Shown: piece by piece, positions 38,158-47,460 of the stretch
Layout of the letters: each line of letters begins with the position of its first letter
Numbering within the stretch: position 1 is the first letter of the stretch
Position numbers and translations under genes: made by a program
Source of the DNA: a virus
Lineage: Duplodnaviria; Caudoviricetes
DNA: 47,480 nt
IMG/VR virus record: IMGVR_UViG_3300037962_000579
Location: 1-47,480 of that record
Direction: 5' to 3' (one strand)
The notes under the pieces: model-generated
Seen by the model: the letters and a program-made list of their open reading frames with translations, nothing else
Databases searched by the model: none
Told to the model about the DNA's origin: nothing

Positions 38158-38445
38158 TTAACAATTCCATTTTCTACGAGCAGCTTTTCCTCTTTCAGAA
38201 GTCCAATTTTTAGATCGAGCGCAAAATGATTTTCTTCTTTTAGCTGCTTTACTGCCTGGCTTTAATTTTGAAGGAGGAGTTGTAACAGCTGTTTTTAATT
38301 TACTTCCAGGGTTGTCTCTTCTATATTTAGCAACTCCTTTTGCGGTCATACCGCCACCAGCTTTTTTACCTCGCCCTTTACCCTTTTTTACCTTAGCATA
38401 ATAACCTAAAGATTTTTTTCTTGAAGGAGCTTTTTTACTCGCCAT
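38158..38445 (-). CDS. Small basic protein (RRKSFCAR...W.C family)
   Basis: GGMTAKGVAKYRRDNPGSKLKTAVT...RRKSFCARS. Confidence 0.7.
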   Translation of the reverse strand: MASKKAPSRKKSLGYYAKVKKGKGRGKKAGGGMTAKGVAKYRRDNPGSKLKTAVTTPPSKLKPGSKAAKRRKSFCARSKNWTSERGKAARRKWNC

Positions 38446-38459
38446 AATTATTTATTATT

Positions 38460-38690
38460 TTATAATTCTAACTTTTCAATAGATTCTTTTTGAGTTGCAG
38501 AAAGAGTTGATACAAAAAGAGGTATAGCCATTTTAATTTTAATATGGCCAACACTTTTAAATAACTCATTTTTTTGCTCATCTGTTCTAAGACTTTCGTC
38601 AATAGCTTCTATAGTTTCACAAATTTTAATATTGTCATCTATTGAAAAAACATCTTGATTAGCATTTTCTTGTGTGTATTCTAAAGACAT
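38460..38690 (-). CDS. Small acidic protein, possible fibre assembly factor
   Basis: Immediately downstream of the fibre gene. Confidence 0.5.
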   Translation of the reverse strand: MSLEYTQENANQDVFSIDDNIKICETIEAIDESLRTDEQKNELFKSVGHIKIKMAIPLFVSTLSATQKESIEKLEL

Positions 38691-38727
38691 AATTAATTAA
38701 TTTATTGTTATTATTTATTTCAAATTA

Positions 38728-40521
38728 TTATTTATTTTCTAATTCTTTTACTTTTTCAGACAACTCTTGTACTGCTTTTACAAGTATAGGGATTAGTCTT
38801 CCATATGTAGCTTCAAGTTTATTAGGATTAGAATCATAAACTAATTTAGTATATTCATCATCTATTTCTTGTAAATCTTGAGCTATAAACCCAACATCTT
38901 TTTTACCTTTATTTAAACTATTATCTCTATGATCCCATGTAAAAGTAACAGGTTTTAATTTATTTAAAAAATTAATACCGTATTTTGATTCTTTAATGTT
39001 TGTTTTATCTCTTTTATCAGATAATGAGCTTATTGATGTTACCTGAGCTCTAATAGCTGATATGTTACTATCTCCTAAAGTTATTTCATTAGACACATCT
39101 GCGGCAGATGCGGCCGCTTCAAAACCTAGTAAAATATTATTATCGCCAGTTGTTAAATCGTTTGTACCACTATCACCAGCCAAGCTTCCTATTATTGTAT
39201 TTTTTTGACCTGTTGTTACGTTAGTCCCTGCTCGAAAACCTACCGCTGTATTATTAACATTAGTAACATCACCATCTTGATTTGTTAAAGCTTCATTGCC
39301 AATTGCTACACATCTTTTACCCTCATCTTCAGTTTTCAAAGCTCTATATCCAACAGCCACATTATTACTGCCTGTAGTTATATTAGCACCTGCTTGACCT
39401 CCTATAAGCGTAAGTTCAACTGCTGTGGTAGAATCAGTACCAGCTTCATAACCAACTGCTACATTATAGGCGTGTGAAGATGTATTTTGAGTTTTTAAAG
39501 CACTATGACCTACAGCAACATTAAAGCCTTTTTCATCTTCAGTGCCTAATGCTTCATAACCAATAGCTACATTTTTTTGGCCTGTAGTTAAAGATTTACC
39601 CGCTCTTGCGCCAAGAATAGTATTATGTACACTTGTTGTTATAGACTTAGCAGCTTCATAACCTACAGCCACATTATAAGCGTGTGCGCCCGCATCTTGA
39701 GCAGCTAAAGTATGGTAACCAATAGCTGTATTTCTTCCGTGCGCGTCTTCCGCGGACAAAGCTTGTTCACCTATAGCGACATTCCCTCCACCAGTTGTTA
39801 AAGCATCACCTGCTAATCCACCAATAAGAGTATTTTGACTTCCAGTTGTAATAGATATACCTGCTTGATAACCAATAGCTATGTTATAAGCATGAGCACC
39901 TGCGTCTTGGTTTCTTAATGTTTGATAGCCTAGCGCTGTGTTTGTTCCATGCCCGTCTTCACTATAAAGTGCTTGATAACCTATCGCCACATTACCAAAT
40001 CCTGATGTTATACTAAAACCTGCTTGTCCGCCAATAAGAGTATTTTGAGTTCCACTAGTTACATCTGTTCCTGATTGAAAACCCATAGCTACATTATGAG
40101 CATATGTTAAAGTACCATAAGTTAAAGATTTAAGCGCCGCATAACCAACAGCAACATTAGCTCTTGCGTTGCTTGTACTACCCATAGCTTGAAAACCAAT
40201 AGCTATATTGTCAGAATCAGCTGCACCAGATGATAAAGCCTCTTTACCCATAGCAACATTATTAACTCCGCTTGTTATTGATTCTAAAGCCTGTATTCCA
40301 ACAGCTGTATTTGAAGTTGCACTGCTTAATGTACCTGTAGTATTATGCCCAATAATTAATGACCCTGTAAAATTAGTGCCTTCTACTTTATAGCTTAAAG
40401 CTGTAGTGCCGCCTGCATATAATTCTGTAAAATTATCATTAACAATATCAAAAGCATCTCTTAACGTAGTTCCTGTGCCGTCATTTGCGTTTGTACCAAT
40501 ATTAATTACTTGTATAGCCAT
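38728..40521 (-). CDS. Tail fibre/spike with beta-roll repeats and C-terminal intramolecular chaperone (S74-like)
   Basis: INIGTNANDGTG..LR.AF..VN.NF.ELY (T4 gp9/10-like N-terminus); NxAxG repeats; SDKRDK...GFIAQ...AVQEL. Confidence 0.8.
   Translation of the reverse strand: MAIQVINIGTNANDGTGTTLRDAFDIVNDNFTELYAGGTTALSYKVEGTNFTGSLIIGHNTTGTLSSATSNTAVGIQALESITSGVNNVAMGKEALSSGAADSDNIAIGFQAMGSTSNARANVAVGYAALKSLTYGTLTYAHNVAMGFQSGTDVTSGTQNTLIGGQAGFSITSGFGNVAIGYQALYSEDGHGTNTALGYQTLRNQDAGAHAYNIAIGYQAGISITTGSQNTLIGGLAGDALTTGGGNVAIGEQALSAEDAHGRNTAIGYHTLAAQDAGAHAYNVAVGYEAAKSITTSVHNTILGARAGKSLTTGQKNVAIGYEALGTEDEKGFNVAVGHSALKTQNTSSHAYNVAVGYEAGTDSTTAVELTLIGGQAGANITTGSNNVAVGYRALKTEDEGKRCVAIGNEALTNQDGDVTNVNNTAVGFRAGTNVTTGQKNTIIGSLAGDSGTNDLTTGDNNILLGFEAAASAADVSNEITLGDSNISAIRAQVTSISSLSDKRDKTNIKESKYGINFLNKLKPVTFTWDHRDNSLNKGKKDVGFIAQDLQEIDDEYTKLVYDSNPNKLEATYGRLIPILVKAVQELSEKVKELENK
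39202..40044 (-). repeat. Four ~210-nt (70-aa) super-repeats in the fibre gene
   Basis: CCAATAAGAGTATTTTGA at 39821 and 40031; 17+17+19+17 aa sub-units. Confidence 0.8.
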
Positions 40522-40530
40522 TTTTTATTT

Positions 40531-40680
40531 TTATGTTGTTGTTGAATCTGCTAAATATTTATCTGAATCTGCGGTAACTTCATTATAGTCTGCTGTTAAT
40601 AAACCAGCTAATCCTACATCTGGAAATATTATTCTATTATTTACCGCTGTTAACTTTAATAATGCTGTAATAAAAGGCAT
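40531..40680 (-). CDS. Small protein (49 aa) with TAD repeats, not in ORF track
   Basis: MPFITALLKL...LTADYNEVTADSDKYLADSTTT fills the gap before the fibre gene. Confidence 0.55.
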   Translation of the reverse strand: MPFITALLKLTAVNNRIIFPDVGLAGLLTADYNEVTADSDKYLADSTTT

Positions 40681-40681
40681 T

Positions 40682-41269
40682 TTAGTATAATAATATTATA
40701 TCAGTTGTAGTAGTCCCTAAGCTAAATACTCTGTCAACTTCTATAGGCAATAATGAACCAGCTGCTATATTTTGAAAAAGTATAGCTCTATAAATTTCAT
40801 AATTTTCATTACCGTCAGGAAAAGTATCTGAGTTACTATTTGAAACGTCAACTAAAGATAGTGTAGTTGCGCTATCTACAGCGCCTACAAAAGCAGCTGT
40901 ACTATCTGTTAAGTTTACAGCAATATCTCTTTTTTGTATACCGCCTTTAATAGTTGTAAAAGTTGCGCCAGAATCAATTAATTTATTAGCAGTATTTCCA
41001 TCTGCAGTACCAGTAGCAATTGGTGCGCTTTGTCCTGATAATAAAACACATAAATCCCCCGCGGTTCCTACGTATACACCAGCTTTATTTTTAGCTTGTA
41101 TTGCTGTTAATTGATCTAAGTTTAATGTATTGCTAGTAAAATCTATAGCAGCACTACCTTTTGTACTGCCATCTTTTAATACAACAGCGCTGGTTATGGT
41201 TTCAACACCTGTTCTACTTCTTGTTACATAACCATTAACAAACTCATTTGTTATATCTCCGTATGCCAT
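40682..41269 (-). CDS. Putative structural protein (195 aa)
   Basis: GVYVGTAGDL...GSLLPIEVDRV..GTT; beta-rich. Confidence 0.6.
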   Translation of the reverse strand: MAYGDITNEFVNGYVTRSRTGVETITSAVVLKDGSTKGSAAIDFTSNTLNLDQLTAIQAKNKAGVYVGTAGDLCVLLSGQSAPIATGTADGNTANKLIDSGATFTTIKGGIQKRDIAVNLTDSTAAFVGAVDSATTLSLVDVSNSNSDTFPDGNENYEIYRAILFQNIAAGSLLPIEVDRVFSLGTTTTDIILLY

Positions 41270-41271
41270 TT

Positions 41272-41718
41272 TTATCTATTTTTATCTTTATTTATTAATT
41301 TTATTGCTTTGCTTAATACTTTATCTGTATAAGTATTACCAAGCATTATTTTGTTTCTTTGTGTGCTAGTAGGTAAATCTTCTTTACCTAATAAAATTCT
41401 ATATATTCTACTTATAAGTTGTTTGCATTTAAAAGAAGTTTTATATATATTATATTTTTGGTTGGTTCTATTTCTTTTTCGCCAAACAACTATCCAACCA
41501 TTTCTTACTAATCTTTCCCACCGATGTTTATCCCAGCTCATAGCATAAACACCGTTTATATAATCTTGTCTTGTAAATAAATTTATACAATCAAAATATA
41601 TAAGTAGCTCTAAATCAGCATCTTTTAAATTATTTGTTTTACACGCCCAACGTCTTACAACTCGATAATGTTTAAAAAGCCCTATGTCTCTTAAATCATT
41701 TGGCTCTAATCTTTTCAC
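41272..41718 (-). CDS. Conserved hypothetical protein (possible winged helix)
   Basis: DLELLIYF...LVRNGWI...YKTSFK pattern; coupled to groES. Confidence 0.6.
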   Translation of the reverse strand: MKRLEPNDLRDIGLFKHYRVVRRWACKTNNLKDADLELLIYFDCINLFTRQDYINGVYAMSWDKHRWERLVRNGWIVVWRKRNRTNQKYNIYKTSFKCKQLISRIYRILLGKEDLPTSTQRNKIMLGNTYTDKVLSKAIKLINKDKNR

Positions 41719-41975
41719 AATACAATTACTACGTCTTGTTGTTTTATGACTAAATAAATTTCTTTATCTAACTCTATATTAAACCCAGCATGCTTATCAT
41801 AAAATATACTATCACCTGCTTTTACACCTTTTACAAGTTCTCCAACAGATTTTATTATACCTTTTCTATACCTTATATCTTCTTTTAATTTATCTGTAAG
41901 TAAAAGTCCACCTTTAGTTTTCGTGGGTTTTTCTTTTATTTCTTTTATAACTAAATAAATACCTATAGCTTGCAT
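41715..41975 (-). CDS. groES: Co-chaperonin GroES
   Basis: KTKGGLLL mobile loop, SVG, VKAGD, adjacent to groEL. Confidence 0.85.
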   Translation of the reverse strand: MQAIGIYLVIKEIKEKPTKTKGGLLLTDKLKEDIRYRKGIIKSVGELVKGVKAGDSIFYDKHAGFNIELDKEIYLVIKQQDVVIVL

Positions 41976-41977
41976 AA

Positions 41978-43522
41978 TTATTTTATATTATTAATTACAC
42001 AATCTGTAGATAATATTGTAGTTGCAACAGATACTGCGTTTTTTAATGCTGTTTTTGTTACAAGCACTGGGTCAACAATACCTTTTTTAAACATATTTAC
42101 CGTTTTTCCAGTAGTAACATCAACGCCATAACCTTTTTTATTATCATAAACAAAATCTATATCAGAGTTTTGAAGTATTTTAAAATAAGGTTCACTTATT
42201 GCTTTTTTAAATATATTAGCTCCCTGTGTAGTACTGCTTATATTTTTTGCAGCGTTAAGAAGAGCTACGCCGCCACCGGGCACAATACCTTCTTTAACAG
42301 CGGCTTTTGTAGCGTGTATCGCATCTTCAACACGATCTTTCTTTTCCTTATGCTCAACATCTGAGTTTGCCCCTACAGTTATAACCGCTACGTTTCCGGA
42401 AAGTATACCTAATCTTTCTTGTAGCTTATCGGTCTTTAAACTCGGGGTGTTGCTATTTAAATGCTCTTCTATAATATTAATTCTTTCTTTAGAAGCTTCA
42501 GGTATGTCTTTTATTTTTAATACAGTTGATTTTGAATCAATAACAGCTTTTTCACAAGTACCTAACATATCTGGTTTTATAAGATCTATATCATCACCAA
42601 ATTCTTCGTTAATGTGTAAAGCCCCTGTAATTGAAGCAATATCATCTAAAAAATCTTTTTTCCAAAGGTTAAAGCCAGGCGGAGTTACCACACACGCTTT
42701 TATATTACCTTTAAGTTTATTCATTATTACAGCAGCCATAGGTTGTTTTTCTAATTCAGCTATAATAAGTATTGAACGATTATTTTCAACAGCATATTCT
42801 AAAATAAACTGTATTTTTCTAATCGTAGTAATAGGAGAGCTCACGAGTAGTACTAATGGATTGTTAAGCGTGCATGTTTGTTTTGCTACGTTGGTCACAA
42901 AATTAGGGTGCGCATATCCTTGATTTATTTGTGAGCCTTTTACTACATCAACACTTGTAATCTCTGACTTAGTATCGGGGTCCATAAGAACTACCCCATT
43001 TTTACCTACTTTATTAAATGCTTCGCCAATAACACTGCCTAATTCAATATCATTGTTTGATGATATAGAAGCAACTTGATTAAGCATACTACCTTTTATT
43101 GGCACAGCTATTTTATCTAGGTATTTAACAACAGACCCGTAAGCCTTAATTATTTCATTTTTTATATCTCTTATAGAGCTTTTATCCTGTTGTTGTTTTG
43201 CATATTTTAATATTGCATGCGCAAGAACTGTTGCGGTTGTTGTACCATCACCTGCTTCACTAACTGTTTTTCTTGCAGCTTCTTTAATTAATGTAGCCCC
43301 AATATTTTCTACTGGGTCTTGCAGATTTATAGCATTTGCTACTGTAACACCATCTTTTGTTATTGTTGGTCTGCCTATTACATCTTCTAATATAACACAC
43401 TTGCCGCTGGCTCCTAATGTAGAGCCAACAGCCTTTGTGAGTTTGTCAATTCCATTAAATATCTTATCTTGAGCATTACTGCCAAAGTTAAGATCTTTAA
43501 TTTGATCTTGTGAATTTTGCAT
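41978..43522 (-). CDS. groEL: Chaperonin GroEL (phage-encoded; no GGM tail)
   Basis: ITKDGVTVA, AGDGTTTAT, RVEDA, GIVPGGG, GIVDP..V. Confidence 0.95.
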   Translation of the reverse strand: MQNSQDQIKDLNFGSNAQDKIFNGIDKLTKAVGSTLGASGKCVILEDVIGRPTITKDGVTVANAINLQDPVENIGATLIKEAARKTVSEAGDGTTTATVLAHAILKYAKQQQDKSSIRDIKNEIIKAYGSVVKYLDKIAVPIKGSMLNQVASISSNNDIELGSVIGEAFNKVGKNGVVLMDPDTKSEITSVDVVKGSQINQGYAHPNFVTNVAKQTCTLNNPLVLLVSSPITTIRKIQFILEYAVENNRSILIIAELEKQPMAAVIMNKLKGNIKACVVTPPGFNLWKKDFLDDIASITGALHINEEFGDDIDLIKPDMLGTCEKAVIDSKSTVLKIKDIPEASKERINIIEEHLNSNTPSLKTDKLQERLGILSGNVAVITVGANSDVEHKEKKDRVEDAIHATKAAVKEGIVPGGGVALLNAAKNISSTTQGANIFKKAISEPYFKILQNSDIDFVYDNKKGYGVDVTTGKTVNMFKKGIVDPVLVTKTALKNAVSVATTILSTDCVINNIK

Positions 43523-43545
43523 TTAATTTAATTTAATTTAATTTA
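43521..43545. repeat. (ATTTA)x5 tandem repeat forming the groEL leader
   Basis: Five perfect pentamers abutting the start codon. Confidence 0.85.
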
Positions 43546-43548
43546 ACT

Positions 43549-43839
43549 TTATTTAAAAGTTTTAACGACTTTAGGGCCTTTTAAAAACTCTAGCTTTTTT
43601 CCGTAGTGCGCAACTGAACTATCAATTGCTTGCTCTGCGCCTTCTAAAGTTTCACGCCTTGTAACGTCGTGCCAAGTATCTTCTTTATTAGGTTCTTGGT
43701 ATTCAGTTTGATAAAACCCGTTTGGTAATTGTACTATACGCCAGTTTGATTTATCTGAAACGTGTTTCCAAAGGTTAATGGTTTTTTCTGAAATTTGTGG
43801 TTGACTACTCCACGATTGAGTCTGGTAATAAAACGTCAT
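43549..43839 (-). CDS. Conserved hypothetical protein (96 aa)
   Basis: WRIVQLPNGFYQTE...WHDVTRRETLEGAE. Confidence 0.7.
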   Translation of the reverse strand: MTFYYQTQSWSSQPQISEKTINLWKHVSDKSNWRIVQLPNGFYQTEYQEPNKEDTWHDVTRRETLEGAEQAIDSSVAHYGKKLEFLKGPKVVKTFK

Positions 43840-43910
43840 AGTTTTAAGGTTTAATTGTTATTAATGGTTTATGCCCTATACCGGGCCGGTTTTATTTTAA
43901 TGCTAATATA

Positions 43911-44057
43911 CTATTTTTTATGCAATTTTTGTATTGCAAAATTATATGTTAAGCTTGCTCCTTTATGTTTAACAAACTTACCACTATGTTTCATAAGCTT
44001 TGGTGCTTTGCCAGGTGTTTTCATCCAATGAAAACCTTTTGGAGCTTTTACTTTCAT
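43911..44057 (-). CDS. Small basic protein (48 aa), not in ORF track
   Basis: MKVKAPKGFHWMK...KHKGASLTYNFAIQKLHKK; ATGA overlap with the upstream gene. Confidence 0.6.
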   Translation of the reverse strand: MKVKAPKGFHWMKTPGKAPKLMKHSGKFVKHKGASLTYNFAIQKLHKK

Positions 44058-44563
44058 TGTCGCTTTAAATTTGTAAGTTTCTTTTTCATTTTCTTTGCTT
44101 TAGGAAATGCATGATCTTTTGGATGCATATCTTTAGAGTGCATGTCTTTTGGCCCCTCATGTCCTATATATTTTAGCCCTTTATTTTTATTTGCTAACTC
44201 TTCAAGCCCCCTTTCATGATCCATTACTTTTTCAAACATTTCTTTTGGCTTGCCTATATTAAAATCCATAGCTTTTGCATTTTCAATATCTAATTGTTTA
44301 AAAGGCATATCGTTATTTTTTGTACCTCTATTACCCATAACTCTAAGTATTTTACCTTGCACTTTCATACCCATAGCTTTTGGATGCATATCCTTAGAAT
44401 GCATATCTTTAGAATGCATATCTTTAGAGTGCATATCTTTAGAGTGCATATCTTTAGTATGATAATCTTTTGAATGCATGTCCTTAGGATGCATATCTTT
44501 CATTTTATATTTTTCATATATTTTTGATCCCTGCAACGGCATCAATCCTTTTTTACCTGGCAT
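44054..44563 (-). CDS. Lys/Met/His-rich pentapeptide-repeat protein
   Basis: KDMH(S/P) repeats in two blocks. Confidence 0.7.
   Translation of the reverse strand: MPGKKGLMPLQGSKIYEKYKMKDMHPKDMHSKDYHTKDMHSKDMHSKDMHSKDMHSKDMHPKAMGMKVQGKILRVMGNRGTKNNDMPFKQLDIENAKAMDFNIGKPKEMFEKVMDHERGLEELANKNKGLKYIGHEGPKDMHSKDMHPKDHAFPKAKKMKKKLTNLKRQ
44381..44500. repeat. Eight tandem 15-bp repeats (KDMHS units)
   Basis: AGA(A/G)TGCATATCTTT-type units; two more near 44120-44150. Confidence 0.9.
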
Positions 44564-44568
44564 AGTTT

Positions 44569-44943
44569 CTATTTTTTATTTTTTTTTAATTTTTTTATTT
44601 TTTGTATTACTGATTCTTCCCAAGGCAAATCTCTTCTCCTTGTATCAACCAATTTTGTTGGTATTATTAAAGTAAAACCATTTACTTTAGGTTTATAATA
44701 ATAATTATTTCTATCAAACTTTAGCACACCATCTCTCATTTGTTGTAAATGCAAACGCTCGTGTGCTACTGTTTCTGCTTTTTGTTTTTCAGATAAATTT
44801 TTATTTACATCTATCCTACCATTCATATCAATCATACCACGAACTTTTTTAGGTAGTTTTGATTCAAATACAAAAGATTTTTGTTTAGAATATTTAGCAT
44901 TAAAGCCTAATAGCTCTGCAATGCTTTTCATTTTAAACGCCAT
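44569..44943 (-). CDS. Small zincin-like metallopeptidase
   Basis: VAHERLHLQQM (HExxH) and distal LPWE; probable start MAFKMK. Confidence 0.6.
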   Translation of the reverse strand: MAFKMKSIAELLGFNAKYSKQKSFVFESKLPKKVRGMIDMNGRIDVNKNLSEKQKAETVAHERLHLQQMRDGVLKFDRNNYYYKPKVNGFTLIIPTKLVDTRRRDLPWEESVIQKIKKLKKNKK

Positions 44944-44945
44944 AA

Positions 44946-46691
44946 TTATGATGTTGCAAACGGTGTAGAAGGACTGCCTGTGCAATGTATATGCCCTTCA
45001 ATATACCATTTGTCTGCTGCAAAATTTGTTATTGTGTATTTTGTACCGATAATACCAGTTGTTGTGCCGTTACTGCTTATAGCAGAAAAGCCGTCACCTG
45101 CTTGCGCCGCAAAAGTATCAAACGCATCAGATGAATCTGTATCAACACTGTGTATTTGTCCGTATAATTTTTCGTTTGTAGTATCTGTAAACACAACTTT
45201 ATGTGCATTAGATGTAGCTGTAACTCCTATTATAAAGGTATAATATACACCCAATAACGTTCCAGTTCCTGAATCAGGTAAAGTTATTACTGCGCCGTCG
45301 GCGTCATTGAATACAAATGTTTCACCAGAGTCATTAGCTGTTAAAGATGTATCACCTGTTATGTTTACTATTTTACTTCTAAGGCCATATATTCTAGCAC
45401 CTGTAGTTGATGTATTACCAATAACAGTTTTGTTTTGTCCTTCACCTGTTATGCCATAACCAATTACAATTTCATTGTTTGTGTTGTTTGCACTAGGGTC
45501 TGTACCAGAGCCAATACATATATTTTGTGCACCGGTTGTTATTACGTCACCAGCGCTAGTACCTAATGTTACGTTGTGTGTTCCGCTCCCAACTAATTTG
45601 CCTGCTTCATAACCTATAAGAGTATTTGATGTACCCTCAGCGGCATTACCGGCTTTATATCCAATCGCTGTACTATTAGTTGGTGTAGTGCTTGTTTCTA
45701 GTGCTTGATAACCTACAGCAACATTATTATTACCATCATCACACGTTTCTAGTGCGCGATAACCAATTGCTGTGTTATATAAACCAGTTTCTAAACTATT
45801 AAGAGCTTCATACCCAATCGCTACTGATTGTGAAGATCCAGTAGTAACGCTACTCATTGCACTTTGGCCTATAGCTACATTGTTTGAAGTAGTAGTCGCG
45901 GCAGTTAAAGCATTGTATCCTATAGCCACATTACTATCACCTGTTGTAATTGCATCTAATGCTGTTGTACCTAATGATACATTAAAAGATGCAGTGTTTG
46001 TTGTAGAGCTTGGATCAAATCCTACAAATACAGAATTGTTTTCTACAAGGTTTGTAAGCGTAGAAACAGTTATCCAATTAGTTGTGCTACCTGTTGAGCT
46101 TAATACTTGTCCGCTTGCGCCAGCACCGCCATCGCCGTCTAAAAACGTACCGGTTGCTTGAAGGGTTGTAAACTTACCAGTTGAATGGCTATTTGCGCCA
46201 ATCGCAGTACCGTCAATTGCACCTGAGTCGATGTCTACGGCATCTAAATACGCGGTACCATCAATATATAAATCTTGAAATTCTTTTGTTGAGCTACCTA
46301 AATCAAACGTACCGTCTGTTGGTAACAAGTCTGATAGTATGTTTGTGCTACCTGTAAGTTGTAGTGTTGTAAATTTTCCTGTTGATTCTGAGCTTGCTCC
46401 GATTGTAGTTCCATCAATAGCGCCAGCATTGATATCAACTGTTGCTAATGTAGCGGTGCCATCTACGAATAAATTACGCCAAGATGCACCAGATGATCCT
46501 AGATCTAAAGTATTATCTGCATCGGGTAGCAATGTTCCTGTGAAAGTTGTACCGGCTTGAGTAATACCGGCTATATATGTTTGTAAGCTAGTTAAGGATA
46601 TTCTTTTTGTAGTACCATCTGACTCGGTACCTAATAAAAATTCTGTTCCCGTTACCGAGCTGTCTAATGTTATGTCTTTTATTTGTGCCAT
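44946..46691 (-). CDS. Second fibre/spike-like structural protein
   Basis: Duplicated DLGSS...GAIDGT.IGA...GKFTTLQ unit, NVAIG beta-roll repeats, C-terminal beta domain. Confidence 0.65.
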   Translation of the reverse strand: MAQIKDITLDSSVTGTEFLLGTESDGTTKRISLTSLQTYIAGITQAGTTFTGTLLPDADNTLDLGSSGASWRNLFVDGTATLATVDINAGAIDGTTIGASSESTGKFTTLQLTGSTNILSDLLPTDGTFDLGSSTKEFQDLYIDGTAYLDAVDIDSGAIDGTAIGANSHSTGKFTTLQATGTFLDGDGGAGASGQVLSSTGSTTNWITVSTLTNLVENNSVFVGFDPSSTTNTASFNVSLGTTALDAITTGDSNVAIGYNALTAATTTSNNVAIGQSAMSSVTTGSSQSVAIGYEALNSLETGLYNTAIGYRALETCDDGNNNVAVGYQALETSTTPTNSTAIGYKAGNAAEGTSNTLIGYEAGKLVGSGTHNVTLGTSAGDVITTGAQNICIGSGTDPSANNTNNEIVIGYGITGEGQNKTVIGNTSTTGARIYGLRSKIVNITGDTSLTANDSGETFVFNDADGAVITLPDSGTGTLLGVYYTFIIGVTATSNAHKVVFTDTTNEKLYGQIHSVDTDSSDAFDTFAAQAGDGFSAISSNGTTTGIIGTKYTITNFAADKWYIEGHIHCTGSPSTPFATS

Positions 46692-46701
46692 TATTTATTT
46701 T

Positions 46702-46953
46702 TTAGTGCTTGCAGCCGCATCTTTTTTTTTTAGTTCCTTTACCAAACTGCCCTCTATTAGCTTTTACTGATACAAAACGCCTTTTGGTGTGATCATAGTC
46801 TTTTCCCTTAATATTATTACCTGCTTTTATAGCTTTTCTACGCTTTCTTTGGTTTTCGGCGCGCATTTTTTTTCTTCTACGCGTGTTTGCAGTCGCTAAA
46901 TCACGCTTTTTTTTAGCTATAGAAGCTTTTCTAGATAATTTTTGTTTCGCCAT
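46702..46953 (-). CDS. Small basic protein with minimal HNH-like motif
   Basis: KDYDH...VKANRG; first gene of the leftward arm. Confidence 0.55.
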   Translation of the reverse strand: MAKQKLSRKASIAKKKRDLATANTRRRKKMRAENQRKRRKAIKAGNNIKGKDYDHTKRRFVSVKANRGQFGKGTKKKRCGCKH

Positions 46954-47218
46954 ACTCTTTATATTACAAATATTCGATGTTTTTTACAAATATGACATTA
47001 GGGTGCTATTATATATCCTTAATATGCTTTTGTCGCATTACAAACAGGGAAATAAAGGGTTATATATACATATTTTACGAAAAAAAAAAATATAAAACAG
47101 CTTTTTTTTGCCCCAGGGGGCCCTTTTTTGTGCGTTTTGCCGTAAAATTTTTGCCTTTTGCCGTGTGTATTGTGATATATTATCTAGACTTACGCCTGGA
47201 AGATCGGTCGCGCCAGCG

Positions 47219-47263
47219 GTGTATAGCATTTTACAGACTAAACACGGTGCCGCACTGATAATA
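47219..47263 (+). promoter_or_regulatory. Putative phage early regulatory cassette
   Basis: GTGTATAGCATT followed by TTACAGACTAAACACGG...TGATAATA upstream of the first rightward ORF; GGTGTATAGCA repeated at 47470. Confidence 0.4.
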
Positions 47264-47286
47264 TTGTTGAACTTAAAATTATAATT

Positions 47287-47442
47287 ATGACTTATGTAAG
47301 AAGACTAGACCGAAAATCCGAAGAGCTGTACAACGTAAAGTACTGGCAGCTCGAGCGCGAACGCAGAGAAGTTGTTATCGCGGAAGTGAACAGGGACGAT
47401 ACGTTCTGGTTCAGCATCGGACTCGATCCCAACCACTGGTAA
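47287..47442 (+). CDS. Small putative early protein (51 aa), not in ORF track
   Basis: MTYVRRLDRKSEELYNVKYWQLERERREVVIAEVNRDDTFWFSIGLDPNHW; AT-rich leader. Confidence 0.6.
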   Translation: MTYVRRLDRKSEELYNVKYWQLERERREVVIAEVNRDDTFWFSIGLDPNHW

Positions 47443-47460
47443 CGGGTCCGACCGGATAAG

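Noticed and set aside
44381-44500. Tandem repeats as a CRISPR array
   Set aside because: Contiguous in-frame 15-bp units without spacers; coding repeat
11427-46560. Numerous plus-strand ORFs opposite the structural genes (e.g. 15816-16103, 16797-17126, 42447-42923, 45772-46161)
   Set aside because: Antisense shadows with S/L/F/I-rich composition, no motifs, fully inside well-supported genes
46883-47258. ORFs 46883-47095, 46977-47258 and 47038-47229
   Set aside because: Low-complexity, homopolymer-derived translations in a likely regulatory or terminal region
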